Made by a program: the position numbers and the translations under genes. This document shows positions 63,896-64,000 of a stretch of 64,000 nucleotides of DNA, piece after piece. The notes under the pieces are model-generated. The model saw only the letters and a list, made by a program, of their open reading frames with translations, ran no database searches and had not been told where the DNA came from. The number at the start of each line of letters is the position of its first letter. Position 1 is the stretch's first letter. The stretch covers positions 36,847,967 through 36,911,966 of the forward strand of contig CM120640.1 in the NCBI GenBank assembly GCA_051362555.1, given 5' to 3'. The DNA comes from Lingula anatina. Lineage: Eukaryota; Animalia; Brachiopoda.

Positions 63896-64000
63896 TGATT
63901 ATCAACTTCAAGTACATTTTATTCTCTTGTTCATCAAGGTTATTTGGTGTCTTTTCCGGTATTTAGTTCAGTCAGTGAGATAACAGGTCAATTCCTTGCT

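Overview
AT-rich animal genomic DNA with GT-AG introns. The repeat repertoire suggests a lophotrochozoan such as a mollusc (inference only). In order, the window holds: (1) the 5' ~16.8 kb of an axonemal inner-arm dynein heavy chain (DNAH1 type, minus strand), whose AAA1 Walker-B exon is present as two intact 106-nt copies that can only be used mutually exclusively; (2) a 2.8-kb non-autonomous Academ-like TIR element built from ~180-bp YY1-motif units, with a nested CCC...GGG MITE, lying between two divergent promoters; (3) a long multi-exon coiled-coil protein gene (plus strand); (4) TRMT12/TYW2 (minus strand); (5) a G-protein gamma subunit gene absent from the ORF track, with two homologous alternative first coding exons (one 119 bp from the TRMT12 start codon at a TCTCGCGAGA bidirectional promoter, one behind a TATA box) and a single CAAX exon; (6) a TTAA-flanked Kolobok-like element with an intact THAP ORF between those two first exons; (7) two Helentron/HINE-like elements carrying 146-bp satellite arrays, several MITEs, a likely further promoter near 59.4 kb and a decayed LINE-like relic. 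The best leads are the two-promoter G-gamma gene and the dynein mutually exclusive exon pair. All calls were made by eye, without alignments or expression data.
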